A stretch of DNA of 64,000 nucleotides from the NCBI GenBank assembly GCA_019661785.1, contig JAIFWP010000003.1, positions 31,009-95,008 of the forward strand, given 5' to 3'. A model generated the notes under the pieces. It made no database searches. It had not been told where the DNA came from and saw nothing but the letters and a program-made list of their open reading frames with translations. A program made the translations under genes and the position numbers. This DNA is from Candidatus Parcubacteria bacterium. Its GTDB lineage: Bacteria; Patescibacteriota; Minisyncoccia; Phycocordibacterales; Zambryskibacteraceae. Shown here piece after piece: positions 28,219 through 38,009 of this stretch (the first letter of the stretch is position 1; each line of letters begins with the position of its first letter).

Positions 28219-28815
28219 ATGTTAAATAACGCTATGCATAATTGGCACTCCATCCTAGGAGCTATCTCGGGTATCATGGCCATGCTGGCTGTAATTCCTT
28301 ATATAAGAGATATCTTCAAAGGACAAACTAGGCCGAACATATTTTCCTGGGCGCTCTGGGTACTCTTGTTATCAATTTCTATAGCAGCACAAGTAAGTGC
28401 TGGCGCCTCTTGGTCTCTATATCTCCTTATTGGAGACTTGATTGGTACCTCTACGATATTCTTCCTGTGCATTAGTGGTTATGGCTACAAAGAATACGGC
28501 CGTGTTGAGTGGATATGCACAGCTCTGGCTATTATCGCTATCGTGTCATGGCAGATTACCAGCCAGCCAGTGTTGGCCATTATCTTTTCAGTAATTGCAG
28601 ACTCCTTGGCCTCAGTCCCAACTATCATTAAGGCTTACAAAGACCCTTCGTCTGAGCATTCTGCGCAATGGCTCATCATCGCAAGCGCGGCTGTCTTGGC
28701 TGTAATCTCCACTACCATATGGGATGCATCTAACCTCATCTTTCCTATCTACTTATTCTTAGTGAATGGATCTATAGGATTAATTTCTCTTATTAGAGGG
28801 AAATCTACTACATGA
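28219..28815 (+). CDS. Hypothetical polytopic membrane protein (start uncertain; the track's upstream start overlaps tRNA-Leu)
   Basis: 5-6 TM helices. ATGA overlap with miaA. Confidence 0.45.
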   Translation: MLNNAMHNWHSILGAISGIMAMLAVIPYIRDIFKGQTRPNIFSWALWVLLLSISIAAQVSAGASWSLYLLIGDLIGTSTIFFLCISGYGYKEYGRVEWICTALAIIAIVSWQITSQPVLAIIFSVIADSLASVPTIIKAYKDPSSEHSAQWLIIASAAVLAVISTTIWDASNLIFPIYLFLVNGSIGLISLIRGKSTT

Positions 28816-29672
28816 AAAAGGTTTTAGTCATAGTTGGACCTACCGCAAGCGGCAAAAGTGACTTGGCTGTGAAGCTGGCTCAGAAGCTCAATGGCGAGGT
28901 TATCTCTGCTGACTCACGCCAGGTCTACAAAGGCCTCAATGTTGGCACGGGCAAGATTACGAAGAAGGAAATGCGGGGCATTCCCCACCATATGCTTGAT
29001 GTGGCTGACCCAAAGAAACCATTTGCGGTATCCGAGTACAAGATCCTAGCCCTGAAAAAGATTGAGGAAATCTTGGGTAGAAATAAATTGCCGATAATAG
29101 TCGGCGGTACCGGCTTCTACATAGATGCACTCAGGATGAGCCTGCCTGAAGTCCCGCCTAATCCAAAACTGAGGAAGAAGCTCGCTCTAAAATCAGTTGA
29201 GGAGCTCTCCCTTATACTCGGCGAGCACAAGGTTGCGGATAGGAACAATAAAGTTAGGCTCATAAGGGCTATCGAGATAGTAGAGGCCTTAGGCCATATC
29301 CCTAAGATTAAAGCTGAAAACAAATATGACTTCGTATTTGTTGGATTGAATCCCAAAGACTTATACAAGAGGATACTTGAGCGCTTGGCCAAACGACTTA
29401 CTCCCATGGTTAAGGAAGCCCGGAAGCTTCACAAACAAGGCCTCACCTACGAGCGCATGGAGGAGCTTGGGCTCGAGTACCGATACCTAGCAAGACTTTT
29501 GCAAAAGAAGATTACCCAAAAGCAATTTGTGGACGAGCTCTATGCAGAAACTAAAAAATACTCGAAGCGCCAGATGACCTGGTTTAAGAAGAACAAAAAT
29601 ATTACTTGGTTCGGCTCCTCGAAGAGCGCTCTCGCCACCACTCCAAAGCTATTGGCAAGAGTGAGACGATAA
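28812..29672 (+). CDS. miaA: tRNA dimethylallyltransferase
   Basis: P-loop GPTASGKS and ADSRQVY. Confidence 0.9.
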   Translation: MKKVLVIVGPTASGKSDLAVKLAQKLNGEVISADSRQVYKGLNVGTGKITKKEMRGIPHHMLDVADPKKPFAVSEYKILALKKIEEILGRNKLPIIVGGTGFYIDALRMSLPEVPPNPKLRKKLALKSVEELSLILGEHKVADRNNKVRLIRAIEIVEALGHIPKIKAENKYDFVFVGLNPKDLYKRILERLAKRLTPMVKEARKLHKQGLTYERMEELGLEYRYLARLLQKKITQKQFVDELYAETKKYSKRQMTWFKKNKNITWFGSSKSALATTPKLLARVRR

Positions 29673-30204
29673 CAATACCGACCACAAAGTACGACAAGTA
29701 GTCCTTTATCTGCGGGAAAGCTTGTCCTAGGTAGTAGCCGAGGAGAGTTACGATAGTCGACCAGAGCAAGCTCGATATGAGGCTGTAACGGAGGAAACGG
29801 CTCATATTCATCCTTGCTACACCGGCTGCGATAGGCGCGAAGGTGCGTATGATGGGCACGAAGCGGCCAAGGATAATAGCGAGCGCGCCATGCTTATCGA
29901 AGAAGGCTTCAGTCCTCTGCATATGCTCCTCTTTAAGGATTCTCCGGAAGAGCGTGTAACGGCTCAGCCGCTCGATGTATACGCCAATGAAGTATCCTGC
30001 GACGCCGCCCAGGAACCCAGCTACAAATATGAGCGGTATAAGCAAGTATAAATTGAAGCCAACTGTGGCCGCTAGGAGACCCGCGGTAAAGAGGAGTGAG
30101 TCCCCCGGCAGAGCGAAGAAGATGCCCGACTCAAGGAAGACTATGATGAAAACACCGATATATCCGTAGGTCGTAAGGAGATGTGTGGGGTCAAAGAGTG
30201 ACAT
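29602..30204 (-). CDS. DedA family (SNARE-associated/TVP38) membrane protein
   Basis: DedA signature FLESGIFFALPGDSLLFTAG..ILGRFVPIIRTF. It overlaps miaA convergently by 71 nt. Confidence 0.8.
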   Translation of the reverse strand: MSLFDPTHLLTTYGYIGVFIIVFLESGIFFALPGDSLLFTAGLLAATVGFNLYLLIPLIFVAGFLGGVAGYFIGVYIERLSRYTLFRRILKEEHMQRTEAFFDKHGALAIILGRFVPIIRTFAPIAAGVARMNMSRFLRYSLISSLLWSTIVTLLGYYLGQAFPQIKDYLSYFVVGIVIVSLLPIALEWWRERSSRSRTK

Positions 30205-30351
30205 GGGTGATGAAGGAATCGGTCACAGGTCCTCGCGTACTGCGAGGCCTGCGACCCCGCCTCGCGCCGTCGCGCTCCGGCTTTCGATTCCTTATCGCCG
30301 CGCGCTGATGTTCCACTCATAAGCCGTTATAGGCTTCTTCGTGGATCATTG
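30205..30351 (-). repeat. tRNA-Trp-associated element: spacer, conserved core (GAAAGCCGGAGCGCGACGGCGCGAGGCGGGGUCGCAGG), hairpin, ACCUGUGACC, then a duplicated 3' end of tRNA-Trp
   Basis: Coordinates 30205-30227 repeat the last ~18 nt of tRNA-Trp (CGATTCCTTCATCACCCA versus the tRNA's CGATTCCTTCATCGCCCG). The core is shared with the elements at 62899-63014 and 40416-40503. Confidence 0.6.
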
Positions 30352-30422
30352 CGGGCGATGAAGGAATCGAACCCTCGCCAGCGGTTTTGGAGACCGCTGT
30401 TCTACCACTAAACTAATCGCCC
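30352..30422 (-). tRNA. tRNA-Trp (anticodon CCA)
   Basis: Acceptor GGGCGAT/ATCGCCC, anticodon loop CUCCAAA, discriminator G. Confidence 0.85.
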
Positions 30423-30467
30423 TTACGAGGCATATTAACACAAAAGCGCCTTTCGGCGCCTTTGGAC

Positions 30468-30641
30468 TTAAGCCTTCTTTTCTTTATAGATCGTGTGCTT
30501 GCGAGCTACCGGATTGTATTTCTTGAGCTCGATCTTCCTCTCGACGGACTTCTTGTTCTTGGTCGAATAGTAGGTGTGGCCCTTGCCCACTCCCTTCTCA
30601 TCTCCGACGGAGACCAGCTTTATGAGGTGTAACTGTGACAT
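30468..30641 (-). CDS. rpmG: 50S ribosomal protein L33
   Basis: 57 aa ending [34 protein letters not shown], which matches the L33 consensus. It is below the ORF-track size cutoff. A terminator GGCGCCgaaaGGCGCtttt follows it. Confidence 0.8.
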   Translation of the reverse strand: MSQLHLIKLVSVGDEKGVGKGHTYYSTKNKKSVERKIELKKYNPVARKHTIYKEKKA

Positions 30642-30692
30642 AGGGTATTAGAATAACTTACTTTACGAATTTTGCAAGTGGGCCCAAATGCG

Positions 30693-33407
30693 CTAAGATG
30701 ACCCCATTGCGTCGGTGGTAGAGTGGTCAAATACAACAGACTGTAAATCTGTCGCCCATTGGGCTTCGTTGGTTCGAATCCAACCCGGCGCACTCACATC
30801 GAAGGTAAATTCCCCACCCTTCACATCCACGACGACTGTGCCTCCGGAGAGAACCTTGTTGCCTATCATCATAGTGGCCACAGGGTTCAAAATCTTCGTC
30901 TGTATCAAGCGCTTGAGCGGCCTTGCTCCGTATTGCGGATTGTAGCCCTCCTTGCTCAAGGCCTCTAGCACGGCAGGGCTCACTATGAGCTCAATCTCCT
31001 TCTCTGCCAAGCGCTTCTTGATAGAGTCTATCTGGATGTTCACTATCTCCTTGATAGTATCTTGGCGCAGCACGTCGAAGACCGCTATCTCGTCGAGACG
31101 GTTTAGGAACTCCGGTCGGAACTGGTCTTTGAGCGCGTCGAGGACCTTCTCCTTTATGTTTTCATAATTCTCCCTCTCTCCACCCTTAGAGAAGCCGATG
31201 GACTGCATCTTGTCTATATAATTGGCGCCGACGTTCGACGTGAGGATGATGATAGTGTTCTTGAAGTTCACTACTCTGCCCTTGGCATCGGTAAGCCTGC
31301 CGTTGTCGAGCACTTGGAGGAGGATGTTGAAGACCTCTGGGTGCGCCTTCTCTATCTCATCGAAGAGGATAACCGAGTATGGCCTGTGGCGCACAAGCTC
31401 GGTGAAGTTGCCCGCATCCTCGAAGCCTACATAGCCAGGTGGCGCGCCAATGAGCTTCGACACAGAGTGCTTCTCCATGAACTCGCTCATATCTACGCGG
31501 AGGAGCGCCTTCTCGTCGTCGAACATGAACTCGGCCAAGGCTTTGGTGAGCTCTGTCTTGCCCACTCCGGTAGGACCAAGGAACATGAAGGAGCCGATAG
31601 GACGGTTGGGGTCTGAGATGCCAGCACGGCTCCTCTTCACCGTATCAGCAATCTTCTGCACAGCCTCGTCTTGGCCGACGATGCGGCGTCTTAGGAACTC
31701 TTCCATCCTGCCGAGCTTCTCTGCCTCTTCCTCAAGCATTCTTGATACTGGTATGCCGGTCCAGCGCGAGACCACATCGGCTATGTCTTGCTCGGTTATC
31801 TCTTCCTTCAATATGCGGCGCGAGCTTTGGAGCTTCTTCAGGCGCTTGCTCTTAGTGTCGAGGTCGCGCTCGAGCGCTGGTAGGCGCCCGTAACGAAGCT
31901 CGGCCGCTCGCGAGAGATCGGCTCGCGCCTCGGCTGCCTCGGCCTCTAGCCTCGTGGCTTCGAGAGCTTTCTTTATCTCCTTGATCTCGCCTACGGTCTC
32001 CTTTTCGTTCTTCCACTTCAGGTCTATCTCGGAGGTCTTCTCCTTGAGGTCGGCGATATCCTTCTCTATGACTTTAAGTCTTGCTGCGACTTTGGCACTC
32101 TTCGACTCCTTGCGCAGAGCCTCGCGCTCAATCTCCAATTTAACAACCTTAGAGTGAGTCTCCTGGAGCACAGGGGGCATGTTCTCAAGTGAGATTTTGA
32201 GGAAGGAAGCTGCCTCGTCGATGAGGTCTACAGCCTTGTCTGGGAGGAAGCGGTCTGTAATGTAGCGCGAAGAGAGGTTCACTGCGGCCTTGATAGCATC
32301 ATCGGTGATGTGCACGCCGTGGTAGAGCTCGTAGCGCTCTTTGAGTCCTCGGAGGATAGTCATGGCATCCTCGACGCTTGGCTCGTTGACGTAGACTGGC
32401 TGGAAGCGGCGTGTAAGGGCAGGATCCTTCTCTATGTGCTTCTGATACTCGCGTATGGTAGTGGCGCCGATAGCTCTCAGCTCGCCGCGAGCGAGAGGCG
32501 GCTTTAACATGTTTGACGCGTCGACAGAGCCCTCAGCTGCACCAGCGCCGACTATGGTGTGTATCTCGTCGATGAAAAGGATTATCTTGCCCTCGCTCTT
32601 CTCTATCTCTTTAATAATATTCTTCAAGCGCTCCTCGAACTCGCCTCGGTACTTGGTGCCGGCTATGAGGAGCCCCAAGTCGAGAGAGACCAGCTCTTTG
32701 TCGCGGAGTGACTCGGGCACATTGCCATTCGCCATCCTGAGAGCGAGACCCTCGGCAATAGCAGTCTTACCTACTCCAGCCTCGCCAATGAGTATTGGGT
32801 TGTTCTTCGTCCTTCTAGAGAGTATCTGTATGATGCGTGAAATCTCTTGGTCGCGTCCTATAACAGGGTCGAGCTTGTTAGCCTTAGCGAGCTTAGTGAG
32901 TGAGCGAGTGTATTTGGAAAGGGATTTGAACTTCTTCTCCTGCTTGGGCTCGGCTGGGCCAGCGTGCTTCAACTCCTCGACGAGCTTCACCACAGTCTGT
33001 CTATCAATCTTGAACTTAGTCAGGAGCTCGCGCGACTCACCTTGTACCTCAAGGACTGAGAGGAAGAGATGCTCTGTAGAAACAAATTCGTCTCCAAGTC
33101 CCTGAGCCACCTTGGAAGAAGACTCTATGATATGAGCTAGCTCTGGAGTGAGATATATCTGATATGAGGGCGAGAGGGTTTGGCTGGCTTCAGGATTCTC
33201 TATAGCCTCAAGCACTGAGTCAGTAAGTAGCAGAGTATCGACATCCATCTTGTCGAGTATGGAAATGACCATGCTCTCCTCTTGGAGGATAAGCGCTGCG
33301 AGGAGATGCATCGGGTTTACATGGTTCTGCCCACGCTCAATAGCGAGCTCATGAGCTCGGCGTATGGCCTCCTTGGCTTTGGTCGTGAAATTGCTGAAAG
33401 GTTGCAT
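30693..33407 (-). CDS. clpB: Chaperone ClpB (AAA+ disaggregase with M-domain). The annotated 3' end reads antisense through tRNA-Tyr, so the true stop is uncertain.
   Basis: Two Walker A/B modules ([10 protein letters not shown].., [10 protein letters not shown]..), a long coiled-coil insertion and Clp N repeats. The last ~30 residues are the reverse complement of the tRNA. Confidence 0.85.
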   Translation of the reverse strand: MQPFSNFTTKAKEAIRRAHELAIERGQNHVNPMHLLAALILQEESMVISILDKMDVDTLLLTDSVLEAIENPEASQTLSPSYQIYLTPELAHIIESSSKVAQGLGDEFVSTEHLFLSVLEVQGESRELLTKFKIDRQTVVKLVEELKHAGPAEPKQEKKFKSLSKYTRSLTKLAKANKLDPVIGRDQEISRIIQILSRRTKNNPILIGEAGVGKTAIAEGLALRMANGNVPESLRDKELVSLDLGLLIAGTKYRGEFEERLKNIIKEIEKSEGKIILFIDEIHTIVGAGAAEGSVDASNMLKPPLARGELRAIGATTIREYQKHIEKDPALTRRFQPVYVNEPSVEDAMTILRGLKERYELYHGVHITDDAIKAAVNLSSRYITDRFLPDKAVDLIDEAASFLKISLENMPPVLQETHSKVVKLEIEREALRKESKSAKVAARLKVIEKDIADLKEKTSEIDLKWKNEKETVGEIKEIKKALEATRLEAEAAEARADLSRAAELRYGRLPALERDLDTKSKRLKKLQSSRRILKEEITEQDIADVVSRWTGIPVSRMLEEEAEKLGRMEEFLRRRIVGQDEAVQKIADTVKRSRAGISDPNRPIGSFMFLGPTGVGKTELTKALAEFMFDDEKALLRVDMSEFMEKHSVSKLIGAPPGYVGFEDAGNFTELVRHRPYSVILFDEIEKAHPEVFNILLQVLDNGRLTDAKGRVVNFKNTIIILTSNVGANYIDKMQSIGFSKGGERENYENIKEKVLDALKDQFRPEFLNRLDEIAVFDVLRQDTIKEIVNIQIDSIKKRLAEKEIELIVSPAVLEALSKEGYNPQYGARPLKRLIQTKILNPVATMMIGNKVLSGGTVVVDVKGGEFTFDVSAPGWIRTNEAQWATDLQSVVFDHSTTDAMGSS
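30709..30792 (+). tRNA. tRNA-Tyr (anticodon GUA), long variable arm
   Basis: Acceptor GCGTCGG/CCGGCGC, anticodon loop CUGUAAA, T-loop TTCGAAT. Confidence 0.85.
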
Positions 33408-33430
33408 GGCTTTGTAGTTATGTATGAGCT

Positions 33431-34213
33431 CTACTGATGAGCCGAGATGAAGCGCGTGAGCGACGAGACCACAGTGTAGGTCCCCGCAGGCAAAGTGAGA
33501 TCAGTGTTTGAAGTCTTCAACCCGACGAGCTCGCCTGAGAGGTTCAAGAGCGCGCCGCCCTGGAGCTCACTGCCAGCAGAGATGTCTGTCGAGGCAAGTC
33601 CAGTCGAGGCGTCGAGTGAGAGAGTCCTACCTACAGCCACCGCAGTCCTGTCTTGGCCTTCTACCGCTATGACTGTCTGGCCAAGTTTAGGATCTGCCTT
33701 AGAGAAGACGGCTGGGACGAGGTCTTTTAGTTTGGCATCATCGGTAATCTTGAAGAGTACTAGGCTCCCTGTATCGCTTACGGCTGAGAGATTAGCTCCC
33801 GCTGTCGTGCCGTCTGAGAAGACTACTGTATATGTGCCGGCATTGCTCAAGTCGCGCTTGTCGGAGAGTATGAGGCCTAGCTTGCTGACCACTACACCGA
33901 GAGCGTAGAAGGAACCTGCCGGAGACTTGATGCGGACTACGGACTTAGTGCTTGAGTCCACGGCTCCGACGATGGCATCGCCTTCCTTGACTATGGTCAC
34001 CTCGCGCACAGTAGCAGGAGCGTTAGTGCCCGTGCTTGGGGCCACTCTCTCTACCGTACGCTCGACAACCCTGTCGATAGTCTGGGTGATGTTCTGCGGC
34101 GCCTGAGCCAGGAGAGAAGTCGTGATGATACCAGTCGCTATAGACGTGATGAAGCTCACTAAGAGCGTCAGGAGAACGATTTGGGTCTTTGTGAGATCTT
34201 CCATCGTCGTCAT
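33431..34213 (-). CDS. Membrane-anchored trypsin/HtrA-like domain protein, probably catalytically inactive (Ser replaced by Gln)
   Basis: N-terminal [19 protein letters not shown] aligns to GNSGGPLvNlnGEvIGI of HtrA but has no serine nucleophile. Confidence 0.45.
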   Translation of the reverse strand: MTTMEDLTKTQIVLLTLLVSFITSIATGIITTSLLAQAPQNITQTIDRVVERTVERVAPSTGTNAPATVREVTIVKEGDAIVGAVDSSTKSVVRIKSPAGSFYALGVVVSKLGLILSDKRDLSNAGTYTVVFSDGTTAGANLSAVSDTGSLVLFKITDDAKLKDLVPAVFSKADPKLGQTVIAVEGQDRTAVAVGRTLSLDASTGLASTDISAGSELQGGALLNLSGELVGLKTSNTDLTLPAGTYTVVSSLTRFISAHQ

Positions 34214-34218
34214 AAAAT

Positions 34219-35214
34219 CTATTTTATCACGATTTTTTGCAAAATACTAATCACCTCCCTCACCTCAATTTCGCTCGTCTTTGGGCCAAAGGAGAACCGT
34301 AAAGCCTCCTTGTCAGGCTCATCCTTAGAGCTCGCGCATGAGCTCCCTGTTGAGACAGCGACACCCTTCTCATCAAGCTTAACGGCTAGGAACTCGTGAA
34401 GCTCGCCGGGGAAACTAACACTCACTATCGAGGGCAGGCTCTCGGCTGTAGAGTTCACCACTGCGCTTGGTAACTTCTCAACCTCCTCGATGAAGACTCT
34501 TTTAAGATCTGCGAGCCGCTCATACTCAGCCTCACGCACTCTCACTGAGGCCTCAAGGTCATTAACAAATTCGAGAATTGCCGAAACATTTTCTGTCCCA
34601 GCGCGCAGTCCTCTCTCCTGTCCGCCGCCGAAAATCAGAGGACGTATCTCTACTCTCGGCCTTACTACTAGTACCTTGTCGAGAGTTAGGAGGTCGACTG
34701 GGAGCTTGTTTATGTTTATCTCAAGGAGCCCGAAGCCCGCAGTCGCATCGGTGTGTATATAAGGATACTGACTTCCGCGCTTGTTGCGTAAAGCGGCTAT
34801 CTGTCTAGCGATCTTTGGTACAGGGTTAACTCTCCCTGTCTCGTTGTTAGCATATATAAGAGAGACAAGCACCGTATCGTCTTTTATCGTCTCAATAATT
34901 TTGTCGACAGGGACAATGCTCAATGTAGAGCCCCTGCGCTCGGCCTCCCTAGCAGCTTCGTACACTGCTGGGTGCTCCTCGTCAGAGATGATGATATGGC
35001 CCTGCTTTACTCCAAGGATTGCTAAGTTGTCGGACTCTGTGCCGCCTGATGTAAATATGATATCTCTAGTCTGGCACTCTAAAATGCGAGCGACTTTCTG
35101 CCTCGCATCCTCGAGCGACTTACGCGCCTCGACACCCTCCTTGTGTATGCCAGACGGATTCCCTACCCCACCAGCATAGTCGAGGAAAATCCGTTTCTTC
35201 TTGAAGAGATTCAT
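34219..35214 (-). CDS. Cysteine desulfurase / class V aminotransferase (IscS/NifS-like, short)
   Basis: PLP-fold motifs IFTSGGTESDN, HTDATAGFG and TLDKV (Lys). Confidence 0.75.
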   Translation of the reverse strand: MNLFKKKRIFLDYAGGVGNPSGIHKEGVEARKSLEDARQKVARILECQTRDIIFTSGGTESDNLAILGVKQGHIIISDEEHPAVYEAAREAERRGSTLSIVPVDKIIETIKDDTVLVSLIYANNETGRVNPVPKIARQIAALRNKRGSQYPYIHTDATAGFGLLEININKLPVDLLTLDKVLVVRPRVEIRPLIFGGGQERGLRAGTENVSAILEFVNDLEASVRVREAEYERLADLKRVFIEEVEKLPSAVVNSTAESLPSIVSVSFPGELHEFLAVKLDEKGVAVSTGSSCASSKDEPDKEALRFSFGPKTSEIEVREVISILQKIVIK

Positions 35215-35279
35215 GAAGACAATCTATCATGTTGAGCTGATTAGATATAGAGCCATATTTGTGATAAAGTACCCACACT

Positions 35280-36776
35280 ATGAAGGTAGCTCGTCCTCCG
35301 GTAGTAAGTCTTTTGGGCCACGTCGACCACGGCAAGTCGACGCTTCTTGACTATCTCCGCCAGGTCAACACTGTCGACAATGAAGCTGGGGGCATCACCC
35401 AACACGTTGCTGCATACGAAGTCAGGCACAAGCGCGACGATGGCACCGAGGCGAAAATCACTTTCCTCGACACTCCGGGCCACGAAGCCTTCCACGCTAT
35501 CCGCGCTCGCGGAGCTCGCGCGGCTGATATTGCTATCCTTGTCGTATCTGCCGAGGACGGAGTGAAGCCGCAAACCATAGAGGCGGTTAAGTGGATACGC
35601 GCGGAGAAGATACCCATGCTCGTTGCCATGACCAAGGTCGACAAGCCGAGTGCCGACATAGAGCGCGTGAAGCAGTCTCTCGCGGAGAACGATGTCTACG
35701 TCGAGGGATACGGCGGTGATGTGCCCTTCGTGCCAGTGTCAGCCAAGACCGGCGCAGGCGTGAAGGATCTCCTCGACATGATCCTCCTCCTCTCAGAGCT
35801 CGAACATTGTACCGGCGAGACAGACAGATGGGGCTCAGGAGTCATTATTGAGAGCAGACTTGATGCGAAGAAAGGCATTACCGCAGTGGCTGTGGTAAAA
35901 GATGGCACCGTGAAGGTGGGCCAAGTAGCTGCCTCTATAGGTGCCGTAGCGCCACTGCGCTTCATACTCGATGCTGAGGACAAGCAAGTGGACGAGCTCA
36001 CCTTCTCCTCCCCAATACAGATCATCGGCTGGGACAATCCACCACTCTCCGGAGCAACCTTTGAGATATTCGACGACAAGAAAGCAGCTCAGTTCTATGC
36101 CGACTCTGAAGCTGCCAAGTACGCTGTGGCCCCGAGACAGACTCGTGAGACGCCTATAGACGAGAACATGGCAACGCTCCCTATCATCATCAAGGCCGAT
36201 GCAGCAGGCAGCCTTGAGGCAATTGAGCACGAGCTAAAGAAGCTTAGCCACGAGCGCATTGCTATTAAGATAGTGAACTCCGCTGTCGGCACCATATCTG
36301 AGGGAGATGTGAAGACCTCTATGACGACTCCTGGCACTATCATCTTCGGCTTCAATACTAAGATAGACCCGCAGGCCGGAGCCTTGGCTGAGCGCACTCT
36401 CGGAGTGACGATAGAACTCTACGAGATTATCTACAAGCTCACCGAGAGAGTGGAGGAGCTGCTTAAGGAACAGGAACCTAAGGTAGAAACCGAAGAGGTG
36501 ATGGGCCGAGCCAAGGTGCTGAAGGTCTTCTCTAAGACGAAGGACAAGCAAGTCCTCGGCGCACGAGCCGAGAGCGGCATGCTTGAGAAGGGCTCAACAC
36601 TTAAGATTATGCGCCGCGATGAGGAAGTCGGCCGCGGCAAAGTGAAGGAGCTCCAGCAGTCTAAGGTGGATGTCGAGACCGTCTCTGAGGGCAACGAGTT
36701 CGGCGCCCTTGTAGAGTCGAAGGTCGACATAGCACCGGGAGACTACCTTGAGCGCATCGTCACTGTCACTAAATAA
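35280..36776 (+). CDS. infB: Translation initiation factor IF-2 (G-domain to C-terminus; no long N-terminal region)
   Basis: G1 [10 protein letters not shown]3 DTPGH, G4 TKVD. Confidence 0.9.
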   Translation: MKVARPPVVSLLGHVDHGKSTLLDYLRQVNTVDNEAGGITQHVAAYEVRHKRDDGTEAKITFLDTPGHEAFHAIRARGARAADIAILVVSAEDGVKPQTIEAVKWIRAEKIPMLVAMTKVDKPSADIERVKQSLAENDVYVEGYGGDVPFVPVSAKTGAGVKDLLDMILLLSELEHCTGETDRWGSGVIIESRLDAKKGITAVAVVKDGTVKVGQVAASIGAVAPLRFILDAEDKQVDELTFSSPIQIIGWDNPPLSGATFEIFDDKKAAQFYADSEAAKYAVAPRQTRETPIDENMATLPIIIKADAAGSLEAIEHELKKLSHERIAIKIVNSAVGTISEGDVKTSMTTPGTIIFGFNTKIDPQAGALAERTLGVTIELYEIIYKLTERVEELLKEQEPKVETEEVMGRAKVLKVFSKTKDKQVLGARAESGMLEKGSTLKIMRRDEEVGRGKVKELQQSKVDVETVSEGNEFGALVESKVDIAPGDYLERIVTVTK

Positions 36777-36779
36777 ATT

Positions 36780-37109
36780 ATGAACGGAGTAAAACGAGAG
36801 AAGATAGAGGAGATACTGCGCCACTTGGCGGCGGAGTTCATATTGCGCGAGGCCACCTCCGCCTCGCTCATAACCGTTACAAGAGTTGCACTCTCTGACA
36901 CAGCCAAAGTCGCCAATATATACTTCACCACTCTCCCCGACTCCGAGGAGGATACAGCGCTCAAATTTTTACAAAGGAAAGCCCCTGAGTTTAAGGACTA
37001 CGCTCGTGACAACTCACGCGTAGGCATGCTCCCAGAGCTCCGCTTCCAGATAGACTACGGCGAGAGGAACAGGCAAAAGCTAGACGACCTTAGCCGAGGC
37101 CTTGAGTAG
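36780..37109 (+). CDS. rbfA: Ribosome-binding factor A
   Basis: 109 aa KH-like RbfA fold (ITVTRVALSDTAKVANIYFT). It sits immediately after infB, as is typical. Confidence 0.85.
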   Translation: MNGVKREKIEEILRHLAAEFILREATSASLITVTRVALSDTAKVANIYFTTLPDSEEDTALKFLQRKAPEFKDYARDNSRVGMLPELRFQIDYGERNRQKLDDLSRGLE

Positions 37110-37883
37110 ATTCTCAAACAGAGAGTAAACCGTCATCGGCCCGACTCCACCGGGTACAGGGGTGATAGCCCTTACAAGGCCTTTGACCTTTTTATAATCC
37201 ACGTCGCCGACAACCTTCTTGCCAAGGACGGTGATGCCGACATCGATGACTACCTGGTTTTTATTAACATGTGCCGGACCTATGAGACCAGGCTTCCCCA
37301 CCGCGACTATCAAGATGTCGGCAGTCTTCGTCTTCTTAGCCAAATCCTTGGTTTTATCGCTAAGTAGGGTGGCATGAGCTCCAAGGTCCTTAAGAGCCTT
37401 GTGCGTTGGTCTGCCCACGAGCTCTGAGTCTCCCACTATGACAACCTTCTTTCCAGTAACAGCGATTTTATAATACTTGAGCAAAGTAAGGATGCCCTGA
37501 GTGGTAGCCGGGGTAAAGCTCTTCCCAGTCAGGCCGTCCACATCTTTGCTTGGGTCTATGGCGCGGACGATCTTGAAGGAATCAAGCCTGGCCGGTATAG
37601 GCAGCTGGACCATGATGCCATTTATACTTTTGTCTGAATTATATCTGCGGATATCGGCCACAATCTCCTTCTGCGAAATGTTTTCTGGATACTTTTTGTG
37701 CAGTGCTACCGCACCAACTTTTTTGGCAAATAACATCTTCTTCTTTATATATGAGTTCGACTCCTTCAAGTCCCCCACTTGCACGATAACAATCTTCGGC
37801 ATGAGTCGTGACTTGCGTATCTGCTTTATGAGATCAAGGGAGAGCTTGTCTCGGAGTTTCTTGCCATCTAACGTTACTGACAT
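37080..37883 (-). CDS. folD: Bifunctional methylenetetrahydrofolate dehydrogenase/cyclohydrolase
   Basis: Contains YIKKK, VQLPIP, DVDGL and VIVGDSELVGRP. It overlaps rbfA convergently by 30 nt. Confidence 0.9.
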   Translation of the reverse strand: MSVTLDGKKLRDKLSLDLIKQIRKSRLMPKIVIVQVGDLKESNSYIKKKMLFAKKVGAVALHKKYPENISQKEIVADIRRYNSDKSINGIMVQLPIPARLDSFKIVRAIDPSKDVDGLTGKSFTPATTQGILTLLKYYKIAVTGKKVVIVGDSELVGRPTHKALKDLGAHATLLSDKTKDLAKKTKTADILIVAVGKPGLIGPAHVNKNQVVIDVGITVLGKKVVGDVDYKKVKGLVRAITPVPGGVGPMTVYSLFENLLKASAKVV

Positions 37884-38009
37884 AGGGGTTTTAGATTGGA
37901 CAAGAATGTAGCATATCTTTTGACAAAATGCTATAAAAGTTCTACTTTTGGATCAGACGGAGCTGAACCTTCAGCCAGAGACATCCACCATAAGCCCTAG
38001 GGCAAACTC

